32,000 nt of DNA. It comes from Halobacillus naozhouensis. Lineage in GTDB: Bacteria; Bacillota; Bacilli; Bacillales; Halobacillaceae. The stretch covers positions 556,138 to 588,137 of the forward strand of contig NZ_CP121671.1 of the NCBI RefSeq assembly GCF_029714185.1, written 5' to 3'. Numbering within the stretch: position 1 is the stretch's first letter; every line of letters begins with the position of its first letter. The position numbers and the translations under genes were made by a program. The notes below the pieces were generated by a model. That model saw only the letters and a list, made by a program, of their open reading frames with translations, had not been told where the DNA came from and did no database searches. This document shows, in pieces, positions 19,717-28,963 of this stretch.

Positions 19717-21189
19717 ATGGCTTTATTTGACTATACCTTACGTGAGCTTCAGGAGAAGCTACATAGCAAAGAAATTACTGTTACTGATCTTGTCGATGAA
19801 TCCTATCAGCGAATTGAGGAAGTCGATCATGCAGTGAAGGCATTTCTTACCTTAAATAAGGAAGCTGCCCAAAACCAGGCTGCCGAATTAGACGCTGACC
19901 GCGGTAATGATGCTGCCAAGCTATTTGGACTGCCGATTGGTGTGAAAGATAATATTGTCACAAAAGGGTTACGTACTACAGCAGCAAGCCAGCTGCTTCG
20001 TAACTTGGAAGATCCACTTTACGATGCAACCGTAGTTCAAAAATTAAATGAAGCAAAATCCGTTACGATTGGAAAGTTAAATATGGACGAGTTTGCGATG
20101 GGGTCCTCTAATGAGAACTCAAGTTATACTGCAACCCGTAATCCGTGGAATCCCGATTACGTTCCAGGAGGGTCAAGCGGAGGCTCAGCTGCAGCGGTTG
20201 CAGCGGGAGAGGTGCCTTTTTCGCTAGGCTCAGACACAGGCGGGTCTATTCGTCAGCCGGCTGCTTTCTGTGGAGTCGTAGGACTTAAGCCAACGTATGG
20301 CCGTGTCTCACGTTTTGGCCTTATCGCTTTCGCTTCCTCCCTTGACCAAATTGGACCGATTACGCGAACCGTAGAGGATAACGCCTTTCTATTAGAAAAC
20401 ATTGCCGGGCATGACAAAATGGACTCTACTTCAGCAAATGTAGAAGTTCCTAGTTATACTGATGCTCTAACTGGTGATGTTAAAGGGTTAAAGATCGCCG
20501 TCCCTAAAGAATACTTGGGCGAAGGGGTCACTCCTGAGGTCAAAGAAGCGGTACAAGCTGCTCTTAAGAAATATGAAGAATTGGGCGCGACATGGGAAGA
20601 AGTATCTCTGCCACATTCGAAATATGCTGTTGCAACTTATTACCTGTTGTCTTCATCGGAAGCTTCTGCAAATCTGGCCCGCTTTGATGGAGTCCGCTAC
20701 GGTGTACGTACCGACAATGCAGATACTATGCTGGATATGTTCAAAAACTCCCGTTCAGAAGGGTTTGGCAACGAAGTGAAGCGTCGGATTATGCTAGGAA
20801 CGTTCGCGCTTAGTTCTGGTTATTACGATGCTTACTATAAAAAAGCCCAGCAAGTCCGTACATTAATTAAGAATGATTTTGAAAAAGTGCTTGAAGACTA
20901 TGATGTGATCATTGGACCAACAACTCCGACGCCGGCCTTTAAGGTGGGCGAGAAAATCGATGATCCACTAACGATGTATGCAAATGATATTTTGACCATT
21001 CCTGTCAATCTTGCCGGCGTCCCGGGGATTTCTGTGCCGTGTGGTCTATCATCAGATGGATTGCCAATCGGCCTGCAAATCATTGGCAAGCATTTTGATG
21101 AAAGCACGGTTTATCGTACAGCACACGCCTTTGAACAGGCGACAGACTTCCATAAACAACGCCCGTCCCTTGGAGGTGCGCAGTCATGA
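19717..21189 (+). CDS. gatA: Asp-tRNA(Asn)/Glu-tRNA(Gln) amidotransferase subunit A
   Basis: The 490 aa product carries the amidase signature ([26 protein letters not shown]) and sits between gatC and gatB. Confidence 0.96.
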   Translation: MALFDYTLRELQEKLHSKEITVTDLVDESYQRIEEVDHAVKAFLTLNKEAAQNQAAELDADRGNDAAKLFGLPIGVKDNIVTKGLRTTAASQLLRNLEDPLYDATVVQKLNEAKSVTIGKLNMDEFAMGSSNENSSYTATRNPWNPDYVPGGSSGGSAAAVAAGEVPFSLGSDTGGSIRQPAAFCGVVGLKPTYGRVSRFGLIAFASSLDQIGPITRTVEDNAFLLENIAGHDKMDSTSANVEVPSYTDALTGDVKGLKIAVPKEYLGEGVTPEVKEAVQAALKKYEELGATWEEVSLPHSKYAVATYYLLSSSEASANLARFDGVRYGVRTDNADTMLDMFKNSRSEGFGNEVKRRIMLGTFALSSGYYDAYYKKAQQVRTLIKNDFEKVLEDYDVIIGPTTPTPAFKVGEKIDDPLTMYANDILTIPVNLAGVPGISVPCGLSSDGLPIGLQIIGKHFDESTVYRTAHAFEQATDFHKQRPSLGGAQS

Positions 21190-22616
21190 ATTTCGAAACA
21201 ATTATTGGATTAGAAGTACACGTTGAACTTAAAACAGCATCTAAAATTTTCAGCCCATCCTCCAACATGTTTGGAGATGAACCGAACTCGAATGTTAACC
21301 CGATTGACTTAGGATACCCAGGTGTTCTACCTGTGCTCAATGAAGAAGCGGTTAATTTTGCCATGAAAGCCGCAATGGCATTGAACTGTGAAATCGCAAC
21401 CGATACAAAGTTCGACCGTAAGAATTACTTTTATCCGGATAATCCGAAGGCCTTCCAAATCTCTCAATTCGATAAACCAATTGGCGAGAATGGCTACATT
21501 GATATTGAAGTAGATGGAGTCAAAAAACGGATCGGGATCACACGGCTTCACATGGAAGAGGATGCCGGCAAACTGACTCACAGTGATGATGGCTATTCCC
21601 TTGTCGATTATAACCGTCAGGGTACACCGCTTGTAGAGATTGTCTCAGAACCTGACATTCGTACACCGAAAGAAGCATATGCTTATCTTGAGGCGTTGAA
21701 GAACATCATCCAATATACAGGTGTTTCGGACTGTAAGATGGAAGAAGGCTCACTAAGATGTGATGCTAACTTGTCTCTGCGCCCGATTGGACAAGAAGAA
21801 TTCGGAACGAAGACAGAGCTAAAGAACTTGAATTCATTCTCTTTTGTACAAAAAGGACTTGAGTTTGAAGAAAAGCGTCAGGAAAAAGTTCTTCTTAATG
21901 GCGGAGAAATTTTGCAGGAAACACGCCGTTATGATGAACAAACGAAAGAAACGATTCTGATGCGAGTTAAAGAAGGTTCAGATGATTATCGTTACTTCCC
22001 TGAACCGGATCTCATTCCGCTTTATATTGATGAAGCCTGGAAAGAACGCATTCGAGAGCAAATTCCAGAGTTGCCTGATGCCCGTAAACAACGTTATATC
22101 GAAGAGCTTCAGCTTCCGGCGTATGATGCAATGGTACTTACCAATAATAAAGAAATGTCGGATTTCTTTGAGGATACAATCGCAAACGGCGGTGACATTA
22201 AGCAGTCCTCAAATTGGCTGATGGGTGAAGTTTCTGCATACATGAACAAGCAGCAGAAAGAGTTCGGTGATTTAGCACTGACGCCACAATCCCTTGCCAA
22301 GCTGACGAAATTAATTGAAGATGGAACGATCTCTTCGAAAATCGCTAAGAAGGTCTTCAGTGAATTAGTTGAAAAAGGCGGCGATCCTGAGAAGATCGTG
22401 AAAGACAAAGGCCTCGTTCAAATTTCTGATGAAGGACAGCTTACAGAAATCATTACGAAGATCCTGGATAACAATCAGCAATCCATTGAAGACTATAAAA
22501 ATGGAAAAGATAAAGCGCTTGGTTTCTTAGTCGGACAAGTGATGAAGGAAACAAAAGGTCAGGCGAACCCGCCAATGGTCAATAAGATCATCCTTGAAGA
22601 AATGGATAAACGATAA
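21186..22616 (+). CDS. gatB: Asp-tRNA(Asn)/Glu-tRNA(Gln) amidotransferase subunit B
   Basis: The ATG overlaps the gatA stop (ATGA). The 476 aa product begins [13 protein letters not shown] and has RKNYFYPD and HMEEDAGK motifs, with a C-terminal GatB/YqeY domain. Confidence 0.96.
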   Translation: MNFETIIGLEVHVELKTASKIFSPSSNMFGDEPNSNVNPIDLGYPGVLPVLNEEAVNFAMKAAMALNCEIATDTKFDRKNYFYPDNPKAFQISQFDKPIGENGYIDIEVDGVKKRIGITRLHMEEDAGKLTHSDDGYSLVDYNRQGTPLVEIVSEPDIRTPKEAYAYLEALKNIIQYTGVSDCKMEEGSLRCDANLSLRPIGQEEFGTKTELKNLNSFSFVQKGLEFEEKRQEKVLLNGGEILQETRRYDEQTKETILMRVKEGSDDYRYFPEPDLIPLYIDEAWKERIREQIPELPDARKQRYIEELQLPAYDAMVLTNNKEMSDFFEDTIANGGDIKQSSNWLMGEVSAYMNKQQKEFGDLALTPQSLAKLTKLIEDGTISSKIAKKVFSELVEKGGDPEKIVKDKGLVQISDEGQLTEIITKILDNNQQSIEDYKNGKDKALGFLVGQVMKETKGQANPPMVNKIILEEMDKR

Positions 22617-22627
22617 GGTTTCTGGTC

Positions 22628-22658
22628 AAAAGCACGCACTAACCCTGCGTGCTTTTGT
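22628..22658 (+). terminator. rho-independent terminator after gatB
   Basis: AAAAGCACGCA (22628-22638) pairs with TGCGTGCTTTT (22646-22656). The U-tract lies partly within the stem. Confidence 0.65.
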
Positions 22659-22703
22659 ATGGCAGGGCAAGCCGTTTGTTTGAGCTCCCTAAGAAAAAAG
22701 TGC

Positions 22704-22731
22704 TTGCAAATTTTAGAAAAAAAGCTATGAT
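22704..22731 (+). promoter_or_regulatory. SigA-type promoter candidate for dagK
   Basis: TTGCAA (22704-22709), a 16-nt spacer and TATGAT (22726-22731). It lies ~38 nt upstream of the ATG. Confidence 0.5.
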
Positions 22732-22768
22732 GTAATTTGGAGCACACCTGGATGAAGGAGGGCTTACT

Positions 22769-23692
22769 ATGCAACGTGCCCGAATAATATATAATCCGAC
22801 ATCAGGAAGAGAAGTAATCAGGAAAGTTCTCCCTGACATTCTGCAGCGATTTGAACAAGCTGGTTATGAAGCCTCTACACACGCTACAACATGTGCCGGT
22901 GATGCAACGGAGGCAGCTGAGATCGCCGTCGAACGCAAATTCGATGTCGTTGTCGCAGCAGGTGGGGATGGAACGATTAATGAAGTCATTAATGGCATAG
23001 CTGAACAGCCATTTAGACCGAAGCTTGGTATCATTCCAGTCGGAACCACGAACGATTTCGCGCGAGCACTTTATGTTCCGCGCAATATTCATAAAGCCGT
23101 TGACGTCATTTTAGCAGGATATTCAACGCCGCTTGATATCGGCCGTGTCAATGATCAATATTTCATGAACATCGCCGGGGGAGGAAAGATTACCGAAATT
23201 TCCTATGAAGTCCCAAGTAAACTTAAGACAATGCTTGGTCAGCTTGCTTATTACTTAAAGGGAATGGAGATGCTTCCTTCGATCAAGCCTACGTATGTGG
23301 AAATGGAGTACGATGGCAAGTTGTATCAAGGTGATATTATGTTGTTCCTCGTCTCTAATACAAATTCAGTTGGCGGGCTTGAGAAGCTGGCTCCTGAGGC
23401 GCAAATGGATGATGGTTTATTTGACTTAATGATTATTGAGAAAATGAACATCGCTGAATTTGTAAGGCTGGCCACGCTGGCCATACAAGGCACGCACATG
23501 AACCATCCGAAATTTATTCACAAAACCGCAAGTCGGATTAAAGTGAAGACAGAAGAGAAGATGCAGCTTAACATTGACGGAGAATTTGGCGGACTCTTGC
23601 CAGGAGAATTCGTCAACTTGTATAAACATATCGAGTTTTTTGTACCAGAAGATAAATTCTCACTAGAGCAAGAAGATGAGTTGAATGAGTGA
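22769..23692 (+). CDS. dagK: diacylglycerol kinase (DagK/DgkB, YerQ-like)
   Basis: The 307 aa product begins RARIIYNPTSGRE and has AAGGDGTINEV and GTTNDFARAL (DAGK catalytic domain), plus MLGQLAYYLKGMEMLPS. It looks colinear with my recollection of B. subtilis DgkB. Confidence 0.93.
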   Translation: MQRARIIYNPTSGREVIRKVLPDILQRFEQAGYEASTHATTCAGDATEAAEIAVERKFDVVVAAGGDGTINEVINGIAEQPFRPKLGIIPVGTTNDFARALYVPRNIHKAVDVILAGYSTPLDIGRVNDQYFMNIAGGGKITEISYEVPSKLKTMLGQLAYYLKGMEMLPSIKPTYVEMEYDGKLYQGDIMLFLVSNTNSVGGLEKLAPEAQMDDGLFDLMIIEKMNIAEFVRLATLAIQGTHMNHPKFIHKTASRIKVKTEEKMQLNIDGEFGGLLPGEFVNLYKHIEFFVPEDKFSLEQEDELNE

Positions 23693-23707
23693 CTGATTTC
23701 AATCCGG

Positions 23708-23754
23708 CCGCCTCAAGCCTTTGTAAATGGACAAAGGCTTGAGGCGGTTTTTTT
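23708..23754 (+). terminator. rho-independent terminator after dagK
   Basis: A 17-bp perfect stem pairs CCGCCTCAAGCCTTTGT (23708-23724) with ACAAAGGCTTGAGGCGG (23731-23747), followed by T7. Confidence 0.93.
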
Positions 23755-23812
23755 GGCTTTTTCCGCTTTTATGAGAGGGAGAGCCTCAGGTTCTGCCTCT
23801 GTGTGGGCAAAG

Positions 23813-23880
23813 GATTCTTAAATAATGTTCCTGATTCTAAAATAACGTAAATCGATTCTTAAATTAACTGCTTGGATTCT
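23813..23880 (+). repeat. four phased direct repeats GATTCT(T)AAA, period ~20-21 nt
   Basis: GATTCTTAAATAA starts at 23813, GATTCTAAAATAA at 23833, GATTCTTAAATTAA at 23854 and GATTCTCAAGG at 23875. Confidence 0.6.
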
Positions 23881-23907
23881 CAAGGTTTTAGCCTATATTT
23901 TTGGTCT

Positions 23908-24635
23908 TTAGTGCGCCCGGAAAAGCTTTGACTGTTTTCTAATAGTATTCTTTTTGCTACATATTCCGTTTTGACCGAACTCCCGGAATTCAACATTAGA
24001 GATTTCAGCCCCGATAAGCAGTTGAAAATCTCGCAACGCCGCTAAGTGAGCATCCTTCGATTTAAATCCACACCATGGACAACCCAGTGGTCTCGCTTTC
24101 GCTCCATAGAGAATCTTTTGCATTTTTGGCATTGAACGCCTTTTATTAAATCCTCTACCGTTAAATCAAAACGCTCAAGAATGGAACCCCCTCGGTAAGG
24201 CGTGTTTTCTTTTTCAAAACAACTCGTTGACCTGCATTATTATCGTACTTTCCCAATACTCCCTGTTAAAAGTAGATGTTAAATCCGTCACGGATGGGAT
24301 AATTTGTTTCGGTTGGGATCTGAAAATGTATCTTTTTTACCGTCAAAAGTACGTTTTCCACGTAAATTTTCGACTTCAAGGATGAGACGAAGGATGGATT
24401 GAGGATGAGGCAATCGATTTGAAAATGTTGGATACCGTCGAAGAGTCGAATGTCCTGGATAATATGGTATCTCTCTGAGTGAAGGTATGGAACAAGAAAG
24501 TGATCAGTGGTGGTTTCTCCTAAGTGACCTGCAGACCTTATGGCGTACTGTTCATGAACGTCTATTCGTTTGAAATGAGTAGGGGGAAGGTGCTCCAGTA
24601 ACGAGGCTAATTTGCTTGTGTTGCATTAATTTCAT
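23908..24635 (-). pseudogene. degraded NERD-domain (nuclease-related) protein gene with C-terminal zinc-ribbon remnant
   Basis: On the minus strand, ATG 24635 opens MKLMQHKQISL and that frame stops at 24552. The next frame, from ~24601, reads LLEHLPPTHFKRIDVHEQYAIRSAGHLGETTTDHFLVPYLHSERYHIIQDIRLFDGIQHFQIDCLIL. A further shift near 24390 reads LILEVENLRGK. An in-frame TAA lies at 24266-24268. The last piece (24132-23908) reads ...CPWCGFKSKDAHLAALRDFQLLIGAEISNVEFREF. These segments follow the order of Bacillus NERD proteins as I recall them, but they are spread over all three frames and the locus is shorter than an intact gene. Confidence 0.7.
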
Positions 24636-24725
24636 TCTTTTTTCCAAAATATATCACGCTCCAATCCTTAATAATATTCGTTATGGTATAAAAATCACCT
24701 CTAATTTTTACCAAGAGGTTTCACG

Positions 24726-24766
24726 AAAAAAATCTCCTGTGCCTCATTTCTGAGGGCACAGGAGAT
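24726..24766 (-). terminator. rho-independent terminator of the minus-strand putP paralog
   Basis: ATCTCCTGTGCCTCA (24732-24746) pairs with TGAGGGCACAGGAGAT (24751-24766) with a 1-nt bulge. The A-run at 24726-24732 on the + strand gives a U-tract on the minus-strand transcript. Confidence 0.85.
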
Positions 24767-24778
24767 CGATATTTACTA

Positions 24779-26251
24779 TTAAGCTTTTTCCATTTTAGCT
24801 TTGAACTCGTCATATTCCGTTTGAACTTCTTGTGGTGGTTCTTTACCAAGAAGGCTAACGATAATAATGGCTAGGCCTGCAAAAATGAAGCCAGGGGCTA
24901 ATTCATATAATTCGAAAATGCCGCCAGATAGCTGTTTCCAGATAATGACGGTGGCTGCACCGACAATAATTCCGGCTAGTGCACCATTTCTGGTCATACG
25001 CTTCCAGAAAAGGCTTAGAATGATAACAGGACCAAATGCAGCACCAAATCCTGCCCACGCGTAACTTACAAGCTCGAGCACCTTACTATCACGGTCATAA
25101 CCTAATAAGACAGCGAGCAACGCGATTCCCAGCACAGCGATTCTTCCTACAATCATTTCTTCTTTCTGGCTGGCACTCTTTCTGAAGATCGCTTTATAAA
25201 AGTCTTGTGCTAAAGCACTTGAAGATACAAGCAGCTGTGAATCCACAGTACTCATAATCGCAGATAGAATAGCGGCAAGTAAGAAACCAGCTACCCATGG
25301 ATTAAAGAGAATTTGTGAGAACATGATAAATACTGTCTCAGAGTTCTCAAGTGGTGCGTCAGCAAAGAAAGCAATACCTGAAAAGCCGACAAGTATGGCA
25401 CCGAATAGAGAGATAACCATCCAGGACATACCGATGAGGCGTGCCTTTGGAATGTCTTTCGTAGATCTGATTCCCATAAATCGAACGATGATGTGTGGTT
25501 GTCCAAAGTAACCAAGTCCCCAGGCCAGCAGGGAAACCACACTTACAAACGTGGCACCAGAATAGACATTGAGATAAGAAGGGTCCATACTTCCGATAGT
25601 GTTAACCGTTTCATTCCAGCCGCCAAGCTCAACAATGGCGACAATTGGGATAATGATTAAGGCTAAGAACATTAAGATCCCTTGAATGAAGTCTGTCCAG
25701 CTTGCGGCAAGGAACCCGCCGAACAACGTGTAAGAAAGAATAACAGCTGCTCCTACCCATAGGGCAAGTCTGTAATCCATTCCAAATGAACTTTCTAACA
25801 GTATCGCTCCACCTACAAGGCTAGATGAAGTGTAGAAGGTAAAGAAGACTAAGATGATTACTGCAGAAATAACACGAAGTATTTTTGAATGGTCACGGAA
25901 ACGATTTTCGAAGTAATCAGGAACCGTAATGGAGTCATTTGAAACCTCTGTGTACACGCGGAATGGTTTCGCAACAAATTGCCAGTTCAAGTAGGCACCC
26001 ATTGCCAAACCTACGGCAAGCCAGATAGAGCCCATACCACTTACATACATAGCTCCCGGCAAACCAAGCATGAGCCACCCACTCATGTCAGAAGAACCAG
26101 CACTTAAAGCGGCTACTCCTGGAGTTAATCGTCTTCCACCTAGTACATAATCTGATAAGTTACTGGTAAGTTTTGCGGCCAAATAACCAATAATTTGCAT
26201 ACCAACTAGATAAATAATAATCGCGGTTAGTGTCTGGTAATTTATATCCAT
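24779..26251 (-). CDS. putP: sodium/proline symporter, second paralog
   Basis: The ORF track extends to 26305, but that extension would overlap the upstream small ORF. ATG 26251 (MDINYQTLTAIIIYLVGM...) aligns with the N-terminus of the + strand copy (MDIPTLITFIVYLVGM...). The 490 aa product has the same SSS motifs (GGRRLTPGVAALSAGSSDMSGW, GYFGQPHIIVRFM). Confidence 0.92.
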   Translation of the reverse strand: MDINYQTLTAIIIYLVGMQIIGYLAAKLTSNLSDYVLGGRRLTPGVAALSAGSSDMSGWLMLGLPGAMYVSGMGSIWLAVGLAMGAYLNWQFVAKPFRVYTEVSNDSITVPDYFENRFRDHSKILRVISAVIILVFFTFYTSSSLVGGAILLESSFGMDYRLALWVGAAVILSYTLFGGFLAASWTDFIQGILMFLALIIIPIVAIVELGGWNETVNTIGSMDPSYLNVYSGATFVSVVSLLAWGLGYFGQPHIIVRFMGIRSTKDIPKARLIGMSWMVISLFGAILVGFSGIAFFADAPLENSETVFIMFSQILFNPWVAGFLLAAILSAIMSTVDSQLLVSSSALAQDFYKAIFRKSASQKEEMIVGRIAVLGIALLAVLLGYDRDSKVLELVSYAWAGFGAAFGPVIILSLFWKRMTRNGALAGIIVGAATVIIWKQLSGGIFELYELAPGFIFAGLAIIIVSLLGKEPPQEVQTEYDEFKAKMEKA

Positions 26252-26258
26252 TGTTTTA

Positions 26259-26366
26259 TTAGCTCTCTCCTCTTTCCTTAAAGTAGGTAATGATTGATAA
26301 TACAATTAATAGCGGCATTGGGATAAGCAGCCAACACCAAGTTGCAAGGGTTAAATCGAAATCCAC
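26259..26366 (-). CDS. small hydrophobic protein (35 aa) immediately upstream of the second putP; not in the ORF track
   Basis: On the minus strand, GGAGG (26378-26374), 7 nt, then GTG 26366. The translation is MDFDLTLATWCWLLIPMPLLIVLSIITYFKERGES. The TAA at 26261-26259 is 7 nt before the putP ATG (TAATAAAACAATG). It is a paralog of 17550-17678. Confidence 0.6.
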   Translation of the reverse strand: MDFDLTLATWCWLLIPMPLLIVLSIITYFKERGES

Positions 26367-26797
26367 ATCGTCACCTCCTCGATCACTTGTTTCCATGTAT
26401 CGCTTGTTATGTGTCTAGTTTGAAGTAGCTGCTAGTATTCATTGATATACATTTTGTAGATCTGTTTATTGGCTGAGATGTAAGGCAATGAAAGCAAACA
26501 CGTTTTTAAACATAACATAATAAAAAAGACAGAACATAGGGAATAGTATAAAAAGTGAGATATATTGTATAAAAATTCACTGTTTTATATTTATTTGCGA
26601 AATAGATGATTATCTATACAAAATCATTTATAAAATTAATTTCGACAAATTCCTTGGTTTTTCGTTATTTATATTATCTCCTGATTTTCACAACAATACA
26701 TATATAACTTAATTTGTTAGAGCGTACTCTGCTTCCGCAAACGGAATTAAATGTGATAAACTTTGAACAGCAAAGAAATGTAAAGGACGGATCAAAT

Positions 26798-28177
26798 ATG
26801 GCCAAACCAAAGCCACCTGTACAAAAAAATGAAACCATTCAACTCAAATTTGAAGACTTAACCCATGAAGGGAATGGAGTAGGCAAAGTCGATGGCTATC
26901 CCTTGTTCGTTCCCTACGGTCTTCCTGGAGAGACTGCTCAGGTCAAAGTGGTGAAGGTCAAGAAGAATTTCGGCTTCGGTAAATTGTTAGAGGTGGACCA
27001 AGCTAGTGAGGAACGTGTTGAGCCGCCATGTGACGTGTTCTATCAGTGCGGCGGCTGCCAGCTTCAGCACATGAGCTACAGCATGCAGCTTGACATGAAA
27101 CGTAATCAGGTAAAAAACGCCATGAAGAAAATTGGGCACCTCGACCACGTTCCTGTCCATGAAGCAATTGGAATGGATGACCCCTGGCGCTACCGTAATA
27201 AAGTCCAAATTCCTGTTGGTCAAAAAGAAGACGGCCAGCTAATGACCGGATTTTATCAGAAGCGCAGCCATAACATCATTGATATGGACACCTGTTTAAT
27301 CCAGGATGAAATGAACGATCGCATGGTAGAATCCATAAGGCGCATCGCCAGCCGCCTCGGGATAGATGCGTATGACGAAGAATCTCATCGTGGTGTATTA
27401 CGACATATTATGGTACGAACTGGGCAAACAACAAAGGATATCATGATCGTTCTCGTAACACGCACGAAGAAGCTTCCATATAAAGAGGAACTGATTGATG
27501 AATTGCGCGAAGCATTTCCTAACGTGAAATCAATCGTTCATAACATCAACAGCGGCAAGACCAATGTGATTCTCGGAAAAGAAACAAAAGTCCTCTGGGG
27601 GGATGAGTACATTTATGACACGATCGGTGACGTGAAATTTATGATCTCACCAAAATCCTTTTACCAGGTTAATCCGACCCAGACGAAGAAGCTGTATGAT
27701 CAGGCACTAGAGTTTGCTGATCTGCGCGGCGGAGAAACCGTTATCGACGCGTACTGTGGCATAGGCACTATTTCACTGTTCTTAGCCCAAAAAGCGAAAA
27801 AAGTGTATGGAGTCGAAATCGTTCCAGAAGCCGTCACCGATGCTAAGAAAAACGCTCGCCTGAATAAAATGGATAACGCAGAGTTTTATGTAGGGAAAGC
27901 AGAGGAGATCATGCCATGGTGGCGAACTCAGGGGCTGCGTCCAGACGTGATTGTTGTTGATCCGCCCAGAAAAGGCTGTGATGAGGAACTGTTGAAAGCC
28001 ATGCTTGATATGGAACCGGAGCGGATTGTCTATGTGTCCTGTAATCCGTCGACACTTGCGCGTGATTTGCGTGTGCTTGAGGATGGGGGATATGAGACGA
28101 AAGAGGTTCAGCCTGTAGATATGTTTCCGCAGACAGCTCATGTTGAGGGTGTTACCTATTTAACCCCTAAATCATAG
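26798..28177 (+). CDS. rlmD: 23S rRNA (uracil-C5)-methyltransferase, RumA/RlmD (RlmCD/YefA) family
   Basis: The ORF track starts at TTG 26714. ATG 26798 gives 459 aa starting [12 protein letters not shown], matching my recollection of B. subtilis RlmCD/YefA in N-terminus and length. It has a TRAM domain, an Fe-S Cys cluster (CGGCQLQH), the SAM motif DAYCGIGT, and VDPPRKG and YVSCNP motifs. Confidence 0.92.
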   Translation: MAKPKPPVQKNETIQLKFEDLTHEGNGVGKVDGYPLFVPYGLPGETAQVKVVKVKKNFGFGKLLEVDQASEERVEPPCDVFYQCGGCQLQHMSYSMQLDMKRNQVKNAMKKIGHLDHVPVHEAIGMDDPWRYRNKVQIPVGQKEDGQLMTGFYQKRSHNIIDMDTCLIQDEMNDRMVESIRRIASRLGIDAYDEESHRGVLRHIMVRTGQTTKDIMIVLVTRTKKLPYKEELIDELREAFPNVKSIVHNINSGKTNVILGKETKVLWGDEYIYDTIGDVKFMISPKSFYQVNPTQTKKLYDQALEFADLRGGETVIDAYCGIGTISLFLAQKAKKVYGVEIVPEAVTDAKKNARLNKMDNAEFYVGKAEEIMPWWRTQGLRPDVIVVDPPRKGCDEELLKAMLDMEPERIVYVSCNPSTLARDLRVLEDGGYETKEVQPVDMFPQTAHVEGVTYLTPKS

Positions 28178-28253
28178 GCTTTTATAAAAGAAAAACACGA
28201 GAGTGATCACTTATGTGTTTTTTTCTAATGCGAGATGATTTAACTTTTAATAT

Positions 28254-28295
28254 AAAAAGCGATCGACGTTTAAGAGGACGTCGATCGCTTTTTTT
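28254..28295. terminator. bidirectional rho-independent terminator between convergent rlmD and the cupin gene
   Basis: A 12-bp perfect stem pairs AGCGATCGACGT (28258-28269) with ACGTCGATCGCT (28278-28289). It is flanked by A5 upstream and T7 downstream. The T-run overlaps the stop codon (28294-28296) of the minus-strand gene. Confidence 0.85.
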
Positions 28296-28896
28296 AGTAA
28301 TAATACGGATAGTATCGATAGGGCTGATAGTGCTTCTGCTGTTGATAGGGTGTCATTTTCGACATTTCACAATCTGTATATGGACCGATATAAGTGGTCG
28401 GATGAACAGGAGCTGTCGTTTCTTTCCACTGTTTTTCATCCATACAGTAAGTGTGTGCCATTACATTAGGCGGTGTGAATTTTAAGATGTCTGAACCTAG
28501 AATGACTTCAGGGGTATCTGCATCGAAAATGGCAAGCAGATGAGTACTGTCCTTGGTGGCCGCTTCGTAATGCCACCACCCTTGTGGTACATTAGCCACT
28601 TGGCCTGGAGTAATTGGGTAGTTAAGTATCTCTTTTGTAAAAGGATTTAACATCGAAACGACGGCGGCCCCGGCAATACAGTAAACCAACTCAGCGGCAT
28701 TTTGATGATAGTGGGGTTCAACGACATTACCCGAGCTTAAGAAAATGTCTAGCAACGACGAGTTTTCCAGCGTGTTCAACTGTTGGATCCCCAGAATGTT
28801 AATGTAGTTCTGTTGGTCCTTAATAAAAAGCGGACTTTGATTAACGTCAAAAGTAAACTGAGCTGAAGGGGATGAATAATCTACGGAAGAGCTCAT
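28294..28896 (-). CDS. cupin-domain protein with tyrosine-rich C-terminal tail (possible spore coat protein)
   Basis: Both cupin motifs are readable. Motif 1 is G-NVVEP-HYH-QNAA-E-LVYCIA-G, fitting G(X)5HXH(X)4E(X)6G. Motif 2 is G-QVANV-PQG-WW-H. The C-terminus is ...YQQQKHYQPYRYYPYYY. A GAGGAG RBS precedes the ATG. Confidence 0.85.
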   Translation of the reverse strand: MSSSVDYSSPSAQFTFDVNQSPLFIKDQQNYINILGIQQLNTLENSSLLDIFLSSGNVVEPHYHQNAAELVYCIAGAAVVSMLNPFTKEILNYPITPGQVANVPQGWWHYEAATKDSTHLLAIFDADTPEVILGSDILKFTPPNVMAHTYCMDEKQWKETTAPVHPTTYIGPYTDCEMSKMTPYQQQKHYQPYRYYPYYY

Positions 28897-28935
28897 AATT
28901 ATCTCCTCACTTCGATAAAAAATTTGGCGCTTTTG

Positions 28936-28963
28936 TAGTGTATGGCTGGGTAAATGAATCAGT
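28936..28963 (-). promoter_or_regulatory. mother-cell sigma (SigK/SigE class)-like promoter candidate for the cupin gene
   Basis: The minus strand reads AC-N17-CATACACTA, against the SigK consensus AC-N16-17-CATAnnnTA. It lies ~40 nt upstream of the ATG. Confidence 0.3.

Noticed and set aside
28191-28228. An AAAAACAC...GTGTTTTTTT hairpin with an internal AGTGATCACT palindrome just after rlmD.
   Set aside because: The AT-rich stem is only 8 bp with a 16-nt loop. The much stronger bidirectional terminator at 28254-28295 is the more likely functional element.
28213-28485. A 90-aa + strand ORF.
   Set aside because: It runs through the bidirectional terminator and is antisense to the cupin gene. 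It has a low-complexity hydrophobic/Arg composition and no RBS.
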